A DNA stretch of 64,000 nucleotides from Dicyema japonicum (GCA_011109175.1 RDEW01000004.1:768030-832029); one strand, 5' to 3'. Positions 11,893 through 24,399 are shown, counted from the first letter of the stretch. Translations and numbers: made by a program. Notes: a model not told the origin generated them from the letters alone.

Positions 11893-12761
11893 ATGATTCC
11901 TCCCAACTCGTCCCTTTTAAAATACGACAGTCCCTATGTCGTTGTAAAGTCGACCGAGAAAATAAACAGCAACGTAAGCAGATTACTAAGAGTAGTCCAA
12001 GCCGTATAAGAAAGTCAAGGATGAACCAATGCTACCAGTTATCGGAAACAAAATGACAGCCCAGGATCGCCAGGTATTTCAAACTGAGGAAATTTTGAAT
12101 TCGATTTTACCCCCAGCGTTGAATTTTCCCATAAAAATTAGCGAATGGAAAGAAGACAACAAACTTTGGATACAGCAGGTCTCCAGTGCTCTAGCAACCA
12201 GACTCGACCTCATCAACTTGCAAGAAGAGCTTGACTCTCGGCTTAAACAACGACAAGCTCGCAAAACTGGTATTTGCACGATTCGTCGGGAATTGTTCTC
12301 CCAAACTTTTGGTTAAATTTTCCCGCTAAAATAGATGAATTGATTCGACAGGGGACCATAATCTGTCCAGAGAGAGGACTGCTTCTCCTCAGAGTCAGAG
12401 ATGAAATAAAAATGACTCTGGCGGCTTATCAGACTCTTTACGAAAGCAGTACCTCTTTTGGAGTGAGGAAGGCGCTGGAAGCTGACAGTGGGAAGGTTGA
12501 AAACGATCAAAAGGCTGATTGGGGAATTTACTTTAAGATCCTCGAATTGGAAACTCAGAAACTTCAGCTAGAACGAATGGTAAACGACTTAAAGGCACGT
12601 GGGGAGCTGATCGAGAAACGGGCTGCTGAACAGAGGCAAGTGGAAGATAAGAAACACCAGGAAGAGATACAATTTTTGAAGCGGACAAATGTGCAGCTAA
12701 AAGTCTCCCATATTTTACATTAAAGGCTCAACTAGAAGGGATCATTAGTCCCAAGAAGTGA
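11893..12761 (+). CDS. DNALI1: Axonemal dynein light intermediate chain p28
   Basis: MIPPNSSLLKYDSP...QTEEILNSILPP..EW....LWIQQVSS...RQARKTGIC.IRRELFSQ.FDELIRQ..I.C.ERGLLLLRVRDEI...YQTLYESS...EEIQFLKRTNVQLK|AQLEGIISPKK*. Five introns of 22-24 nt. Confidence 0.97.
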
Positions 12762-12989
12762 TCAACTAACCTTAAAACTATTAATTTTTAAATTTCAATA
12801 AAGCAAATAGCACTAAGCACTAAACTCGTAATTCTGCACGTGCCATAAACCTACGATATTCAAAAATATACTGTGAATTTTAAGAGTAAGACTCGTAAAA
12901 TACGTGGATGGCTCAATCTCGGTAATCTATGAATCACAGTTTCGGGGGGCAGAGTTCTAGTTAAAGTAGCTTTGGGAATCTTTGAGATT

Positions 12990-13340
12990 TGGTCTTTTCG
13001 TGGTAAAGTTAGCTTGCATCAATTAGGTTCATCTCATCCAGCGACAAAGGGAAGTGATCCATCACTAATATATTTTTCAATCCGTCACGAGGTAGTATAG
13101 GCATATTAGATTTACGGTTACCTGGTATCATCGTTAACCAAGTTACTCGTGATTCTTCTTTTTCCGCCTTATTGTTGACTTTCTCGAAGTCTGGTGGTGG
13201 AGTCAGGCCAATTGTCTTTGGAAGGATAATCCGGCAATTATTGTGAAGGTATATTTTCCATTGTCTTTAATTCGGTGAAAGGGACCATTTGCTTGAAACC
13301 ATTTTGACGAAAACCCGCTGAATCGCCTATACACACGTCC
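12990..13340 (+). mobile_element. CRE-like RT fragment
   Basis: KSGGGVRPIVFGRIIRQL resembles the RT 'GG.RPIAVG..LRRL' motif of CRE-type elements. Degraded. Confidence 0.5.
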
Positions 13341-13693
13341 TCTTCGTCCGGTAAGAAAATTGGCTCTACATCGTTTAAAAGTCTAACGAATGGAGGTGTT
13401 GGAGACCTTTTTCGTTAGGACTGAATCAAACTCCTTTTGGAAGTCTAACGGGAGTAATACTGTCCGTAGATCTCGCCTGGCATCGTTGAAACATTCCGAG
13501 ATAAATTACTTCAAAGAAGTCAAGTGCGTTGTTGAGAACGTTCCGATCTGAATCCGTGTTGGTAGTGGCAAAAGGGAAATGAGGTTTAATAAAATAATAA
13601 AATAATTATAAGTAAATTTAATTTCAGAATTTACTTAAATTTTTATGAAAATAAATAAATACAAAGAATTTAAAAATTAAATTCAATTTTTTA

Positions 13694-15561
13694 ATGTTAC
13701 GTGATAAACTCGGCCAAAATGAAAGTCCAGTACATTTCTCAACCCAGAGACACTCAAGAGATCTGATTTCCCTCCTTACTTACATAAGAAAAAGTTCAAA
13801 GCTGTTTGACATCCGGCTGAACGTGGGGGGAAGCATTATTGAGGCCCACAGAATTGTACTTTGTGCATCATCCATGTTTTTCCGTAAAATGTTTCTCTGT
13901 GGAATGCGGGAATGCCGTGAAAATGAGATTGTAATTCAAAATGTGGACTTCCCTATCCTCCAAATCATCGTGGATTACGCCTATACAGGGGAGATATCCA
14001 TAACCAACGACAACGTGGAAGCCCTCATGGGCGCTGCCGTGCTCCTCCAAGTGCAGTCGGTGATTATCAGCTGCAATACCTTCCTTTCCAACAGAATGAC
14101 GTCATCAAACTGCATGGCCATTGCTCGTTTTGCTGCCAAACAGGAATGCCACGAATGCTCAACCCTATGGAAGAAGGCGGTAGAATTTTCGTTCTCCAAT
14201 TTCTCCGAGACTTCAAAATCTGAGGACTTCCTCGAACTAACAGAGCCTGAGTTGTACAGAATGCTGACGAATGACCGCTCATTTACTAGGGTAATTAGCT
14301 GAGTAATCGTGATAGTGTGAGGCTGAAATATTCGAGGCTGTAATTGGCTGGATTGGGCATACATTCACCACAAGGTTCGATAAACTGGAGAAGCTCATGT
14401 CCTGCCTTAACTTTAAGGACATTCCGGTGACATTTCTGAGACGACAGCTCACAAATCCCAAGAAAATCAATCAAGTGGAGTTTATGGAGATTTTAGACCA
14501 TCAAATTTCAAAATTATCTACATTCGTTGATTTGGAAGTTGGAAAACCCCAACTTTGAGCTGAATTGTTGCCACCAGAATGATCATGCGAAGGTGATCTA
14601 CGTAACTGGGGGATATATAACGTGAAATCAATGTCTCTTTTCGAGTGCTTCTGTCTTAAGAACAAGAGCTGGTACAGACTCCCTGATATCCCCGACGTCC
14701 GTAGCGGTCTCTGCACCTCTGTTACTCATCATTATTTGTACGCCATCGGGGGGAAAAACTCAAATTTTTTCCAGGGGAACGTGTATAGCTCAGTGTTTCG
14801 TTATGATCCCCTCACAAACTGTTGGAGTGAGTGCTGCAACATGCAGAGAGCTCGGTACAGGGCAGCATCGGTGGTAATTGACCACCAAATATATGTAGTT
14901 GGGGGGATGGCTGAGTCAGAACAGCTCAAATGTGTTGAGAAGTGAGTCTATATGTAATCCTTAGATATTCTCCCTCTGAGAATAGTGGACATATGTGTCC
15001 CCCATGGAGATTCCCAGAATTGGGCACTGCTGTGCTGTTCTGCAGAGACATCTTTACGTTATTGGCGGATCTTATCGGACCAGTACCTCGGAAAATGCCA
15101 GATTGAACACTGTCTCCCATTATTTTCCAGATAAAGACGTTTGGGTGGACGTTGCTCCTCTAAATTACCACAGAAGCGGGGCTGGTTCTATGTTTGGTTG
15201 TTATTGATAGGTTGTGTTGCAACAAACAGTCATATTTACGTGATTGGGGGACACGATGGACAGAACGTCATCGGATCTGTTGAGCGGTACGACCAAGTAA
15301 GTAACGAATGGACCTGTCTGCCCTCAATGCCTATTCCTGTGAGCGGTTTTGCCTGCACCCTCGTCTGTCCGGACATTATCTTCGTTTTCGGTGTCTTGGA
15401 GTCTCTGTAACCTAGGCGGCTACAATGGACATGAATTTATCAGCAAAATACAGATTTACAACATTGAGACGAGTGAGTGGACGTACCAACCCACTGACAA
15501 CTTTGGTAGGACGGGACACGGAATCACCATTGGGAACAAACCCCATATTATAAGCCAGTGA
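13694..15561 (+). CDS. Kelch-like BTB-BACK-Kelch protein
   Basis: BTB (FDIRLNVGG..IEAHRIVLCASSMFFRKMF), BACK (SEDFLEL...EAEIFEAVIGWI) and Kelch repeats (LYAIGG, IYVVGG, LYVIGG, IYVIGGHDG, GGYNG) are joined by short introns. At least one apparent indel near 14615. Confidence 0.93.
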
Positions 15562-16393
15562 GTAATTTAGATTATTTTAGAATGAAGGATCAGAATATTT
15601 ATTACATGTGTGATACCACGTGATCCAATATTTTTAGATTTTTAATAAAATTATTTCTTTTTTTGGCTCAGGGCTGCTCATATGCTGATTTTATTCAAAA
15701 TGGCCTGAATTATGGGAATGGTTGTGGCTAAGTTTGATGCGTTATCATGACTATTCATTATTGCGTAGAAAATTAAAATGGCCTGTCAAAACGCCTTTTT
15801 GGAGGAATGAATCGGAAGACTGTTGGTTGGGGGTTGAACTGTTACGTCGCATTATCTGAGTTTCTGAATTTTGCTTTGTTAGACTTGCAAAAAAAAAGAA
15901 AATTGTAGACCAACTGACCTGGTGCAAGTGGTATCTACGTCACATTTATGAATAGTCCACTTAATTATTGATTTTGTCTGTTCCATGCCATCTGCGCTTT
16001 TATTATGAGACTCACTCCACGCATCCCCTGTCATGTTCTCACAAGTATCTACCAAAACATAAATCGATAAAATTTAATACTCTTTAAAATCAATGATTTA
16101 ACCACTTGAGTTGATTTAAAAGTTAAGCTAGTCACGTGTTAAGTCTGGGAAGTAAACAAGATGGAATTTGCTAGAATTTAATTGTTAAGGTTTTATGACG
16201 ATATAATTGTGGTAAATCACATATACTTACTCATAATAACCGAAACCACACAATTCAGTCAAGAAAATGTAGCAAAGTAATGTAAAGGTGGATGTGGTTG
16301 CAAACGGCAATGTTTTCCATCTTCCCGTTAACATGGGTGAGGTAAGGGAGTATTTATCCAAAACTCTAAGTTCTGAACAAAAGAAGCTATAAG

Positions 16394-18339
16394 TAAGGCG
16401 ATTTTTATTTTGACTATAAATCGGAAATTTTGACCTAAAAATGACTTTATTGACATAAAAATTCAAAATTTTGACCTAAAAATGACTTTATGATAAATAA
16501 TAAAGCCTTTTCAGAGAGCCATAGTATTTATAGTTCCGCATAGGCAGGACACACACTTTATTTAAGTAAAGAACAGTTAATTTTAACTAATCGTAGAACC
16601 AAGTAATGATCTTCACTTCTATTTTCTTTTTCTTGTGTGGGTCCTTTTTTGACAATCCAGTTCCGCAGTGAGAGTCCACTGATGACGGCGTCACTCGTCA
16701 AGCCTTTTAGCATCGTAGATGCGTGGAACCTTCTACCAGGTGAACAGCAGCAAGCTTCGAACCCGTAGCCTAGAAAAAAAAATTTTTAATATAAAAAACT
16801 AATCAAAATTTTTATTAAAATACAGAATAATCTAATTCAAAACGTTTTCGGGTTTAAAATTTCGATCTTTAGATAGTAATTTTTTCAATAAAAACTTCTC
16901 TCAACAGATATGTGGAAGGAAACTTTTTAGGATAGTTGTATACATATGGAGAAATTTGTTGTTTTCCATTTTTGAAATAGAAAGAACTTGATTTACAGAT
17001 AACTTGATTCCAGTACTTCCTGATTCCACATAATAATCCCCGAAATGCAATTTCTTAATGTCTTCAACAGCGTCTTCTATAGTGAAATAGGTTTCTTCTG
17101 CCTTCTTTATCATTTCACATATATCGTCATATTGGCATAAAATTGATGATAAATTTGTACGTATTCGTTTTGATAAACCGCTTGCAAACATTTTTTGACT
17201 AAAATCCCTTCTCCATCGAAACTTTCAATTATTTTTTTTATTTCTGTGTAATTTTTGCAATAATAGCAGGCTGTTTCCATCCAACTCCCCCATCTTGTTA
17301 GAATAACTTTGGGTGGATACCCGATTTCAGCAAATTTTTCTCTTCGTATCTCGTTTTTGACAGTTGCGGCCTTTATCGATGAAATCAAAAAATCCACATC
17401 CTTAAAATATCCTCTTATAGGCAACAGTTATGAAGAAGATGAAGAACACATGTTACATGAAGCAAATTCGTGTATAAACCTTCAATACCTGTGCGGCAGC
17501 TACCATGTATCTGGCTGCATCAGATACCAGTACATATGGAGAAATATGTTGTTTTTCCACTTTTGTGATTGAAAGCACTTGATTAACAAATAATCTTGAT
17601 TCCAGTACTTCACGAGTCCACATAAATCGTCACCGAAATGCGATTTCTGAATGTGTTCTACAGCGCCTCGCATCTATATCAAAATCCCTTAGAACATTTC
17701 AATTAGCTTAAATCTGTCAAGCTGCTTCTGGCATCAATTTTCTACACTTTTTCGGCAAGCGTAAGTAGAAGGAAGATTATTCCAATTCCCTCAAACAAGT
17801 CTCGTAAGCTTGTACTGTTCAACTTATGCAAGAGAATATCGGATTCGACAAAAGCTTTAGTGACTTTATCGACCCACGTGTCGGCTTAGGGGACGAGAAA
17901 ATCAATGGGTTATATAATATTGACACCTGTAAAATAGTAATAAAAATAATAAACCTGCTAATTTGATATGCTTCTTAGACGATTATGCGATTTAATAAAA
18001 AATGCTTTTTTGCAGTTATAAATGTCCCACACAAATTCCAAAAAAGATTTCCTTGTGAGTTGATAGAAAATTCATCAGAATATTTTCTAGCAACGGACTT
18101 AATCTTTTCAGTGTCATTCTTGATTGAACGCAGTGAATGATGATAATTGATTCCACGCTAGTATTTTATTTAAAAACTCGAAAATTAAAAAAATCAAAAT
18201 AAATAAAAAATTTTTCTTTTTTTTGACTTTATAAGTTTTGATTTATATAATGTTTTTGATTAAAAACTACATTTCTATGAGTTTTAAACAAATTTAAAGA
18301 ACATGTCAATTTTTGACTTTATTGACGAAAATCGCCCTA
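16394..18339 (-). mobile_element. hAT-superfamily (DUF659/CGGBP-like) DNA transposon, degraded
   Basis: Transposase pieces LVSDAARYMVAAA and PPKVILTRWGSWMETACYYCKNYTEIK. Imperfect TIRs taaggcgattttt (16394) and aaaatcgcccta (ending 18339), subterminal repeats ttttgacctaaaaatgactttat. No convincing TSD. Interrupted by a SINE. Confidence 0.7.
16505..16772 (-). mobile_element. tRNA-derived SINE family A (nested in hAT element)
   Basis: Nearly colinear with 59329-59624. B-box-like ggttcgaagc, structured core, RTE-like tail. Confidence 0.85.
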
Positions 18340-18454
18340 TATGCTACATGTAAGATCGGGTTCAGATCCCGTTAACTTAGTAAAAGACATACGGGGATCT
18401 TCCGTCTTATAAAAAATGTTCCACTTTAAGAGGAACCTTTTTATGAAGACTGAT

Positions 18455-18680
18455 CAAATCAAATTCTTCCAGAGACCAAGAGTGAAACCAAACAAACAAA
18501 CTCCTTGATCCAAAGGTGTTCCTGCGATTCCAGAACTTGTCTCCCGGTGGAAAAAATAGTTGGATCCTTCTGATGCCTTCCAAGCATTGGGCGTCTTTTT
18601 AGTAAAGTGGATCCAATTACGCCAACAGAGGGAAGGAACATGAATTTTTAACCAACTCGCCACACGGCGCCACGTGGCTA
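18455..18680 (-). mobile_element. Non-autonomous Ingi-type element family B
   Basis: Head gccacgtggcgccgtgtgg, tract tgttccttccctc, pseudoknot at 18560-18623 (P1 GGCGT/ACGCC, P2 TTGGATCC/GGATCCAA, P4 ATGC/GCAT, J4/2 CAGAA; P3 degenerate). Confidence 0.65.
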
Positions 18681-19364
18681 TAATTGATGAAGACTGGTAG
18701 ATTTTAATATTATGCTGATGTATTCATTCATTTTTATTTGAAATTGATCGATTCAAACCGAAAAAATCTAAGGCATATTATTGCAGTCATGGACAGCAGG
18801 CAGATGCTAAAGAAGATTCCTCCACCTTTTCAAAAGTCCTCCATGATGAAGACAACTTATGACTTTGTATCTCAGGACATTTCCACCTCTGGGATGGATC
18901 AGAGTTTTGTCTCCCTTCACCTGACCAGATTATTAATATTAATCAAATTCTTTCCAGCCCAGGACCACCGAAGACACTAAGGGACTTGTGAGTACGCCCG
19001 ACACTCGCAGCTAGACGCTCGATGGCAGCCGGCTTCCTACTTGTTAATGAGGTCATTGTATGATTCCAAGTGGATAGTATAGGGTTCCCCACTGGCTACT
19101 AAGTCAAAGGTTTTCCTCCTATTGATCGTCCACCTTTTTTCCCTGAACAAAATAACGGTGTCAGAAAACATCGGAAATCCAGTTTTGAAATAAGAAACGT
19201 CGGATACTCTGAGTTAGAATTTTATCTCCGAAAAAAATTGTAGAACTTCAGAAGACGACTGATTTAATATTCTTAGGGATTATTTGTCGGAAGCTTCACA
19301 TAAAGAATTTAGGTCGCAGATCTTTAGAGTCCTTCTCTAATATTTCCACCCGACAATTAAAGCC

Positions 19365-19678
19365 ATGTGATGGGGCAGTGTTATATGTCCCAAGCAAACG
19401 GGCTGATAGCCCATGGTTCGAATCTCACTGCTGTACATTCCGGCTGAAGGTTCCATGCATCTAGGATGCTTTGGCCTGACGAGTGACTCCGTCATCAGTA
19501 AACATCTCAACGCGGAACTGGATTGACTATAAAGGACTCACCCAACAAAAAGAAAAAAAAGTGAAGAGCATTCTTTGGCTCTCCCTTTCTAAAGTTAGTT
19601 CTTTACTCAAATAAAGTGAGTGCACTGCCTGGGTGGAGGCAGAATAATATGGCCCTCGCGTAAAGTGTGGTTTTTTTA
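19365..19678 (+). mobile_element. tRNA-derived SINE family A
   Basis: A-box-like tggggcagtgg, B-box ggttcgaatc, core gaaggttccatgcatctaggatgc...tgacgagtgactccgtcatcag, tail aatatggccctcgcgtaaag. Confidence 0.85.
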
Positions 19679-19989
19679 AAGCCATGTCGTCGATTTTATT
19701 TTCAAATGTCTTATAGCATTTTTAATGTTACGATCAGTTAATATGTGTGTTTCAATGTTTTAAGTAAAAACAATTAATGTCGCATTGATGACTCACACAT
19801 TTTATAATAATGTGCTTATTGCAATGCCCACAAGAAATAGCACGTGAAGATATAAATAGAAATTTGATTCTTTATTTTAAATTAAAAAAATTAAAAAATT
19901 AATAATTGCGTAATTTATTAACTTAATATTTTAACTGCGACCGTGGAAACTGAGTACACCTAATTAGTTGTTAACTGTTGGACTCTCTC

Positions 19990-20305
19990 CATAAGAGTCA
20001 TCTGAGGAAACTCACTGTGGTTTGACCACAAGAATCTTGAGCTGTGCAATCTACAAAATGTTCAGATGTAATTTGGAGACTGTTCTAACATATCTGGGGA
20101 ATGGACGAGACCTCGTCAGCAAATTTAGAAGATATTACGTTTACCAGGAGAGCAGCTTTCGTGGAAGGCCAAGATTAACTCTGTTAGCCCGGACGACCTA
20201 CTCTCTGAGATCACTGGCTAACAATCGATGATAATGACATAGAATGACATTTAAGATAGTGTTTTTGGCTGGACATGCGGGCCTTCATGATATCCTGGGT
20301 TAATA
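19990..20305 (+). mobile_element. RTE-like LINE 3' fragment
   Basis: YYVYQESSFRGRPRLTLLA...LRSLANNR. Confidence 0.6.
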
Positions 20306-20579
20306 AAAACATTTTGAGTATATCATCCTGTCTTAGAAGTTATCTAAAAAAAGCGTCCTCGATCTCCGCTCTCGCTCCAAATCCGTTCAAATGTGAAGTC
20401 ATCAATACGACTTCAGTCAAGCACTGGCGATAATTTTCTTTCTCAAGAAAAAGGCGATTCTGTCCAACTTTTTTTGATTGCGGTGCTGGGCTTAGAGTTC
20501 TTCCTTGAACCTTCCTCGAAACATCATCGGGCGACAACTCCATCAGAATAGGAGTTTGCGTCCTCTTTGGATGGACATA

Positions 20580-21030
20580 TTCCACCGTTGTAGATGCGGA
20601 AGGATGGTCAATGCGGAAACTTTCTCATTCCCTTTCTTGCCAGAAGAACGCTGGAAGGAGTTTGGTGCATAAAGCCATCAATGGAGTTATCGTGCGAGGA
20701 CTGGAGGTCGTTGGCTTTCTGGTATAGCGGGAGGATTTTGGAATAGACTTAGCAAAAAAAGACTATGGGACAACTTTTTTATGTGGGACGCCACGTGTGT
20801 AAATAGTTTTTCCCCAACCTTGCACTACCTGCGACTGACCTAGGATCAACCTCGGAAAAGGTCGAGACCTTTAAAATACTAAATCGTCGATGGATTTTTG
20901 AACCGATCCTGCAAGTAAGTCAGGGGATCAGTAATTAAAAAGCAGTCGCTCTCAGAGATGAGTCGGGTATATTTGGTGTGCATAGATCGAAGAGGGACCA
21001 AGATAATGAGAGAAGGCCCTTATTGCTGTC
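20580..21030 (+). mobile_element. CRE-like RLE-domain 3' fragment
   Basis: Reading across frames gives SLSCQKNAGR..HKAINGVIVRGLE...WDATCVNSFSP, homologous to 44305-44679. Confidence 0.75.
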
Positions 21031-21299
21031 GTCTTGAAAGCAAAAAGGGCACAGTGACCTAGCCGACCATCCGAGTCTGTTCATATAGTCACATAAAGTC
21101 TCATGGGGACCGGAAGCTCTCCAAGTGAAGAAAAACTTTCAGGGGTAGGTAAGCTTTGTTTGCATCAACGTTAAACGGCAGAAGGCTCGTTGATACCAAC
21201 AGAGTGGGTTCGAGGTTGAGTGAGTCGCCCCAAATTTGAAAAAAAAATTGAAACTCTTAAGTCAAATTTATTGAACCAAAACACCATCATATCCAGAAT

Positions 21300-21575
21300 G
21301 AAAAACTCAGGTGATCCCGGGCTCCCTCAGCAGTCTTCGCATGCTCTGACTTGAGGAAGTGCCGTCAGGGGAACTCCTCTGGATGGTTGTTGACTAGTGG
21401 TTCTTTATGGAGATAATTTAGGATTATATCTGGCGCCACCAGAGATGGTGAGCCACATGACGCACGCTAACAATTGAAGCTCCCTGGATCCAAAAGGGAA
21501 GAGGAGGAACATAAGAATCAAACAAATAGTCTTCAATTCATGTAGCCACGTAGTACCAACTAATTTTGGCGCCAA
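21300..21575 (-). mobile_element. Non-autonomous Ingi-type element family B
   Basis: Tract tgttcctcctcttccc, pseudoknot at 21397-21463 (P1 GCGTC/GGCGC, P2 GTGGCTC/GAACCAC, P3 ACC/GGT), then directly the LINE terminus cgaagactgctgagggagcccgggatcacctga. Confidence 0.7.
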
Positions 21576-21594
21576 AACTCTTAAGTGGAAACTT

Positions 21595-22468
21595 AATATT
21601 TTAATAATTAAAATCGAATTAATAAAAAATTCAAAAATCTGAGACTTGGGAATAAATTTTAGATTATATAATTTTTATGCAATGGACAAAGTTAGGAACA
21701 AAAAAAATTACGGAAATCAATAGAGAAGACGATTTTACTCATGAAAGATGGATAAGCTCGGCTCTCTACTAGGAGACGCTGAAGATGTACTAAGGAGGAA
21801 AACACTGGCAATTGCGGCAATGGCTAAACTGAAGAAAGGATGGCTAAGGGCCAAAGGACTTGGAATTGACATCAGATGCAGGCTTTACAACGCGTTTGTG
21901 AAACCGATCCTACTGTATAACGATGGACATGGAGAAGTTCCTTCAAAGAACTATTGAAACTGGATTCGTTCCATAGAAGGCAACTAAGAAGCTTACTCGG
22001 AATGTAGTGGCCAAGTAGAATATCAACCACTGGTATCTACAACAAGTGTATGTGTTCTTATATCAGCAAGGATGTGATAGACGCCCGGTGGAGGCTATTT
22101 GGGCATGTACTAAGAATGAACCCGGACGCACCCGCTAACAAAGCGATGGAAGATTACTTTGACAGTTGCGAAAAACCCTTCCGCGGACGACCTAGATCGA
22201 CACTTCCGACAACCTTAAACAAAGACTTAAATCGTGTGAAAAAAAATCTAAAGACGGGAGACGACCTGGACGAATTGAGATCACTCGCATTCGACAGAGG
22301 AAGATGGAAAAGACTAACTATAATATTGTTTCTTTGAGTGTTGCACATGCGGGGCTATAATCATTATGGCTTTCGTGAAAGTGCCTTAATAATAATAAAG
22401 TTAGGAACAATTAAGTAAATTCTAAGCTACACGATATAATTGAATGGCCTGATGGAAACATGGAAGTA
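21595..22468 (+). pseudogene. Truncated duplicate of the GCM gene 5' region, interrupted by an RTE insertion
   Basis: 21595-21701 plus 22411-22468 align with 23410-23570 (upstream AT-rich region plus MDKVRN....SKLHDIIEWPDGNMEV). Confidence 0.85.
21702..22396 (+). mobile_element. 5'-truncated RTE-like LINE with TSD
   Basis: KLGSLLG..EDV.RR...RLYNAFVKPILLYN...RWRLFGHVLRM...PANKAMEDYF...GRPRSTLP. (TAA)n tail. 14-bp TSD aaagttaggaacaa at 21688-21701 and 22397-22410. Confidence 0.9.
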
Positions 22469-22479
22469 ACAATATTAAA

Positions 22480-23350
22480 TTTGACGACTGAGAGTGGGAC
22501 CTAGTGACCCTACCCATTAGCCTGGGTGGACTGGGAATCCCTTCACCTAAAGATCTTGGTTTGCCCGTATCTGTCCTCTTTGGCTCCAGACGACTGCTGA
22601 TCAGGATGATTCTCCAACTCCGAACAGAATCGTCTGAAATCTCAGATATGGAGCATTTGAAAGGGATGATGCCTGAGCAGAAAGACTGTCACAAGACCAT
22701 CTGCGAAGATAAATATGAGAGGCTTCTGAACCAATCAAACCAACACCGACGTGCCTGTCTAGTTACTGAAAGATGCGAATAGAGTAGCTCTTTGATCAAT
22801 GCACTCCCCGTTTGTAGTGTGGGGACCCACCTTAACGACAACACTGTCCGCATCGGCATCTCCACCAGACTTGGACTGAAGCCGGTATGCCGGCACCGTC
22901 GACTGTTATGGACAGCATACCCTCTCTTGTCGAAAAAGTGAAGGACGAATCCCAAGGCATAAGGCGATCAACGGAATTGTAAAACGTCAATGGAGTCTGT
23001 GGGATACCTTGCCATACTTGAACCTGTTGGCTTCGACAGAGGATGCCGAAAACAGCCTGATGGAATCACAATTTTCCTATTTGAGGAGGGGAAACCTTTG
23101 GTTTGGGATGCTACTTGTGTCGACATTGTCGGAAGCGCGGTAGATACAGTGTATGCCGCGGAAAAAACAATGAAAGCAAAGGAGAAAAAATATGTAGCAT
23201 TGCACGATCGGTTCACTTTCTATCCCATTTTGATCGAGACAATTGGAGGAATAAGTGGAAAATCGTTTCGCTTCCTAAAGAAACTTGGACGCCTAGCTAC
23301 ACTAAAAGGTCACGACGCACGTGAGACCCGGTGGCTTTTGCAATCGTGAA
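22480..23350 (+). mobile_element. CRE-like non-LTR retrotransposon 3' part (RLE domain)
   Basis: TLPISLGGLGIP...[36 protein letters not shown]...KEKKY...FYPILIETIG...RETRWL, a PD-(D/E)xK restriction-like endonuclease of CRE type. Confidence 0.85.
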
Positions 23351-23490
23351 GAGGCAACTCAACGTCTGCAACGACAACTTTGAATGGATTGATGTGTTAA
23401 TTAAAACAGTTTCAATAATTAAAATCGATTTAATTAAAAATTCAAAAATCTGAGAATGGAATAAATTGTAGATTACATAACTTTTATGCA

Positions 23491-24205
23491 ATGAACAAAG
23501 TAAGGAGTAATTCAGTAAACTCTAAGCTATACGATATAATTGAATGGCCGGATGGGAACATGGAAGTGTACTACGATCGGAATCTGAGTGACGCAAGGAA
23601 TCATTTTTCTGGGTGGGCTATGAAAAATATCCATACAACCAAAGAGACGTTAAGGAAAATTTGCCGCGGTAAGATTACAGATTCACTCAATTAGGAGTCA
23701 TTCTTTGTTTCAACGGCTGCTGGATTGATGGGAAGCCTATGGTTATTCGACCTGCTTCGACAGATATCGGGGTTTCAAAACAACTCCGCAATATTTGCCC
23801 AGTCTGTTAGTTTTTAAGTACTATTTAGGCAAAAATACCTATCTCTACATAAAAAAATGTAACGGAAATAGATACCACAAAGTAGCTCATACATGGAATG
23901 AGGACGGTTGTATATAATTGGCATATTAGAATTCGGAATTAAGTTTAGATCTTTTGGTACCCACGATCACCCAAGACCACCAAATACCAAACCCCCAGAA
24001 TATGCCACGAGAGATCTGATCGAATACTTTGCAGATCACACAGATATTTCCAACTCTGAAATTGCGAAAAATATTGTACTAGTTATTGGCGATTTAGGGA
24101 CCAATTATTCACGAAGCATTCAGCAACCCGAGATTGGTTGGTAGAAAAATTAGAGAAAGCAACATACAAGAAGTACTTCGATTTAAACAAATGCCAAGAT
24201 TTTAA
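23491..24205 (+). CDS. GCM (glial cells missing) domain protein
   Basis: Spliced: EWPDGNMEVYY.....ARNHFSGWAMKN....TLRKICR|GVILC...C.....VIRPA........RNICPV|CKN......C.G.....VAHTW..|..IKFRSFGTHDHPRPPNTKP. Four GT-AG introns of 22-26 nt. Stop TAA at 24203-24205. Confidence 0.9.
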
Positions 24206-24399
24206 ATGAAAAATTAATTTTAATAAATTATTATTTTTTTAAATTTTTGATATTCTTAATTTTAAACTTTAAAAATTAAATTTTTTTCAATTATTGGTAT
24301 CGCAGTTGTTCGCGAAAAAAAATTGATTAGTTTTATAGAAAGACCAAGAAGTATAGAAAGACCAAGAAGTTAGACACCCTCCTGGGAGACCAGGAGGAC

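Noticed and set aside
12302-12340. Alternative genetic code suggested by in-frame stops in conserved genes
   Set aside because: The stops fall inside tiny introns or after indels, and TAA, TAG and TGA all terminate genes normally here.
13981-14364. Antisense ORFs over Kelch (likewise over SPT6, the LINEs and MGMT)
   Set aside because: These are shadow ORFs of real coding sequence on the opposite strand.
19470-19505. Hammerhead ribozyme in the SINE core (CTGACGA...; CTGATGA on the opposite strand)
   Set aside because: No GAAA follows stem II, there is no consistent stem I/III with an NUH site, and CTGA is not conserved among copies.
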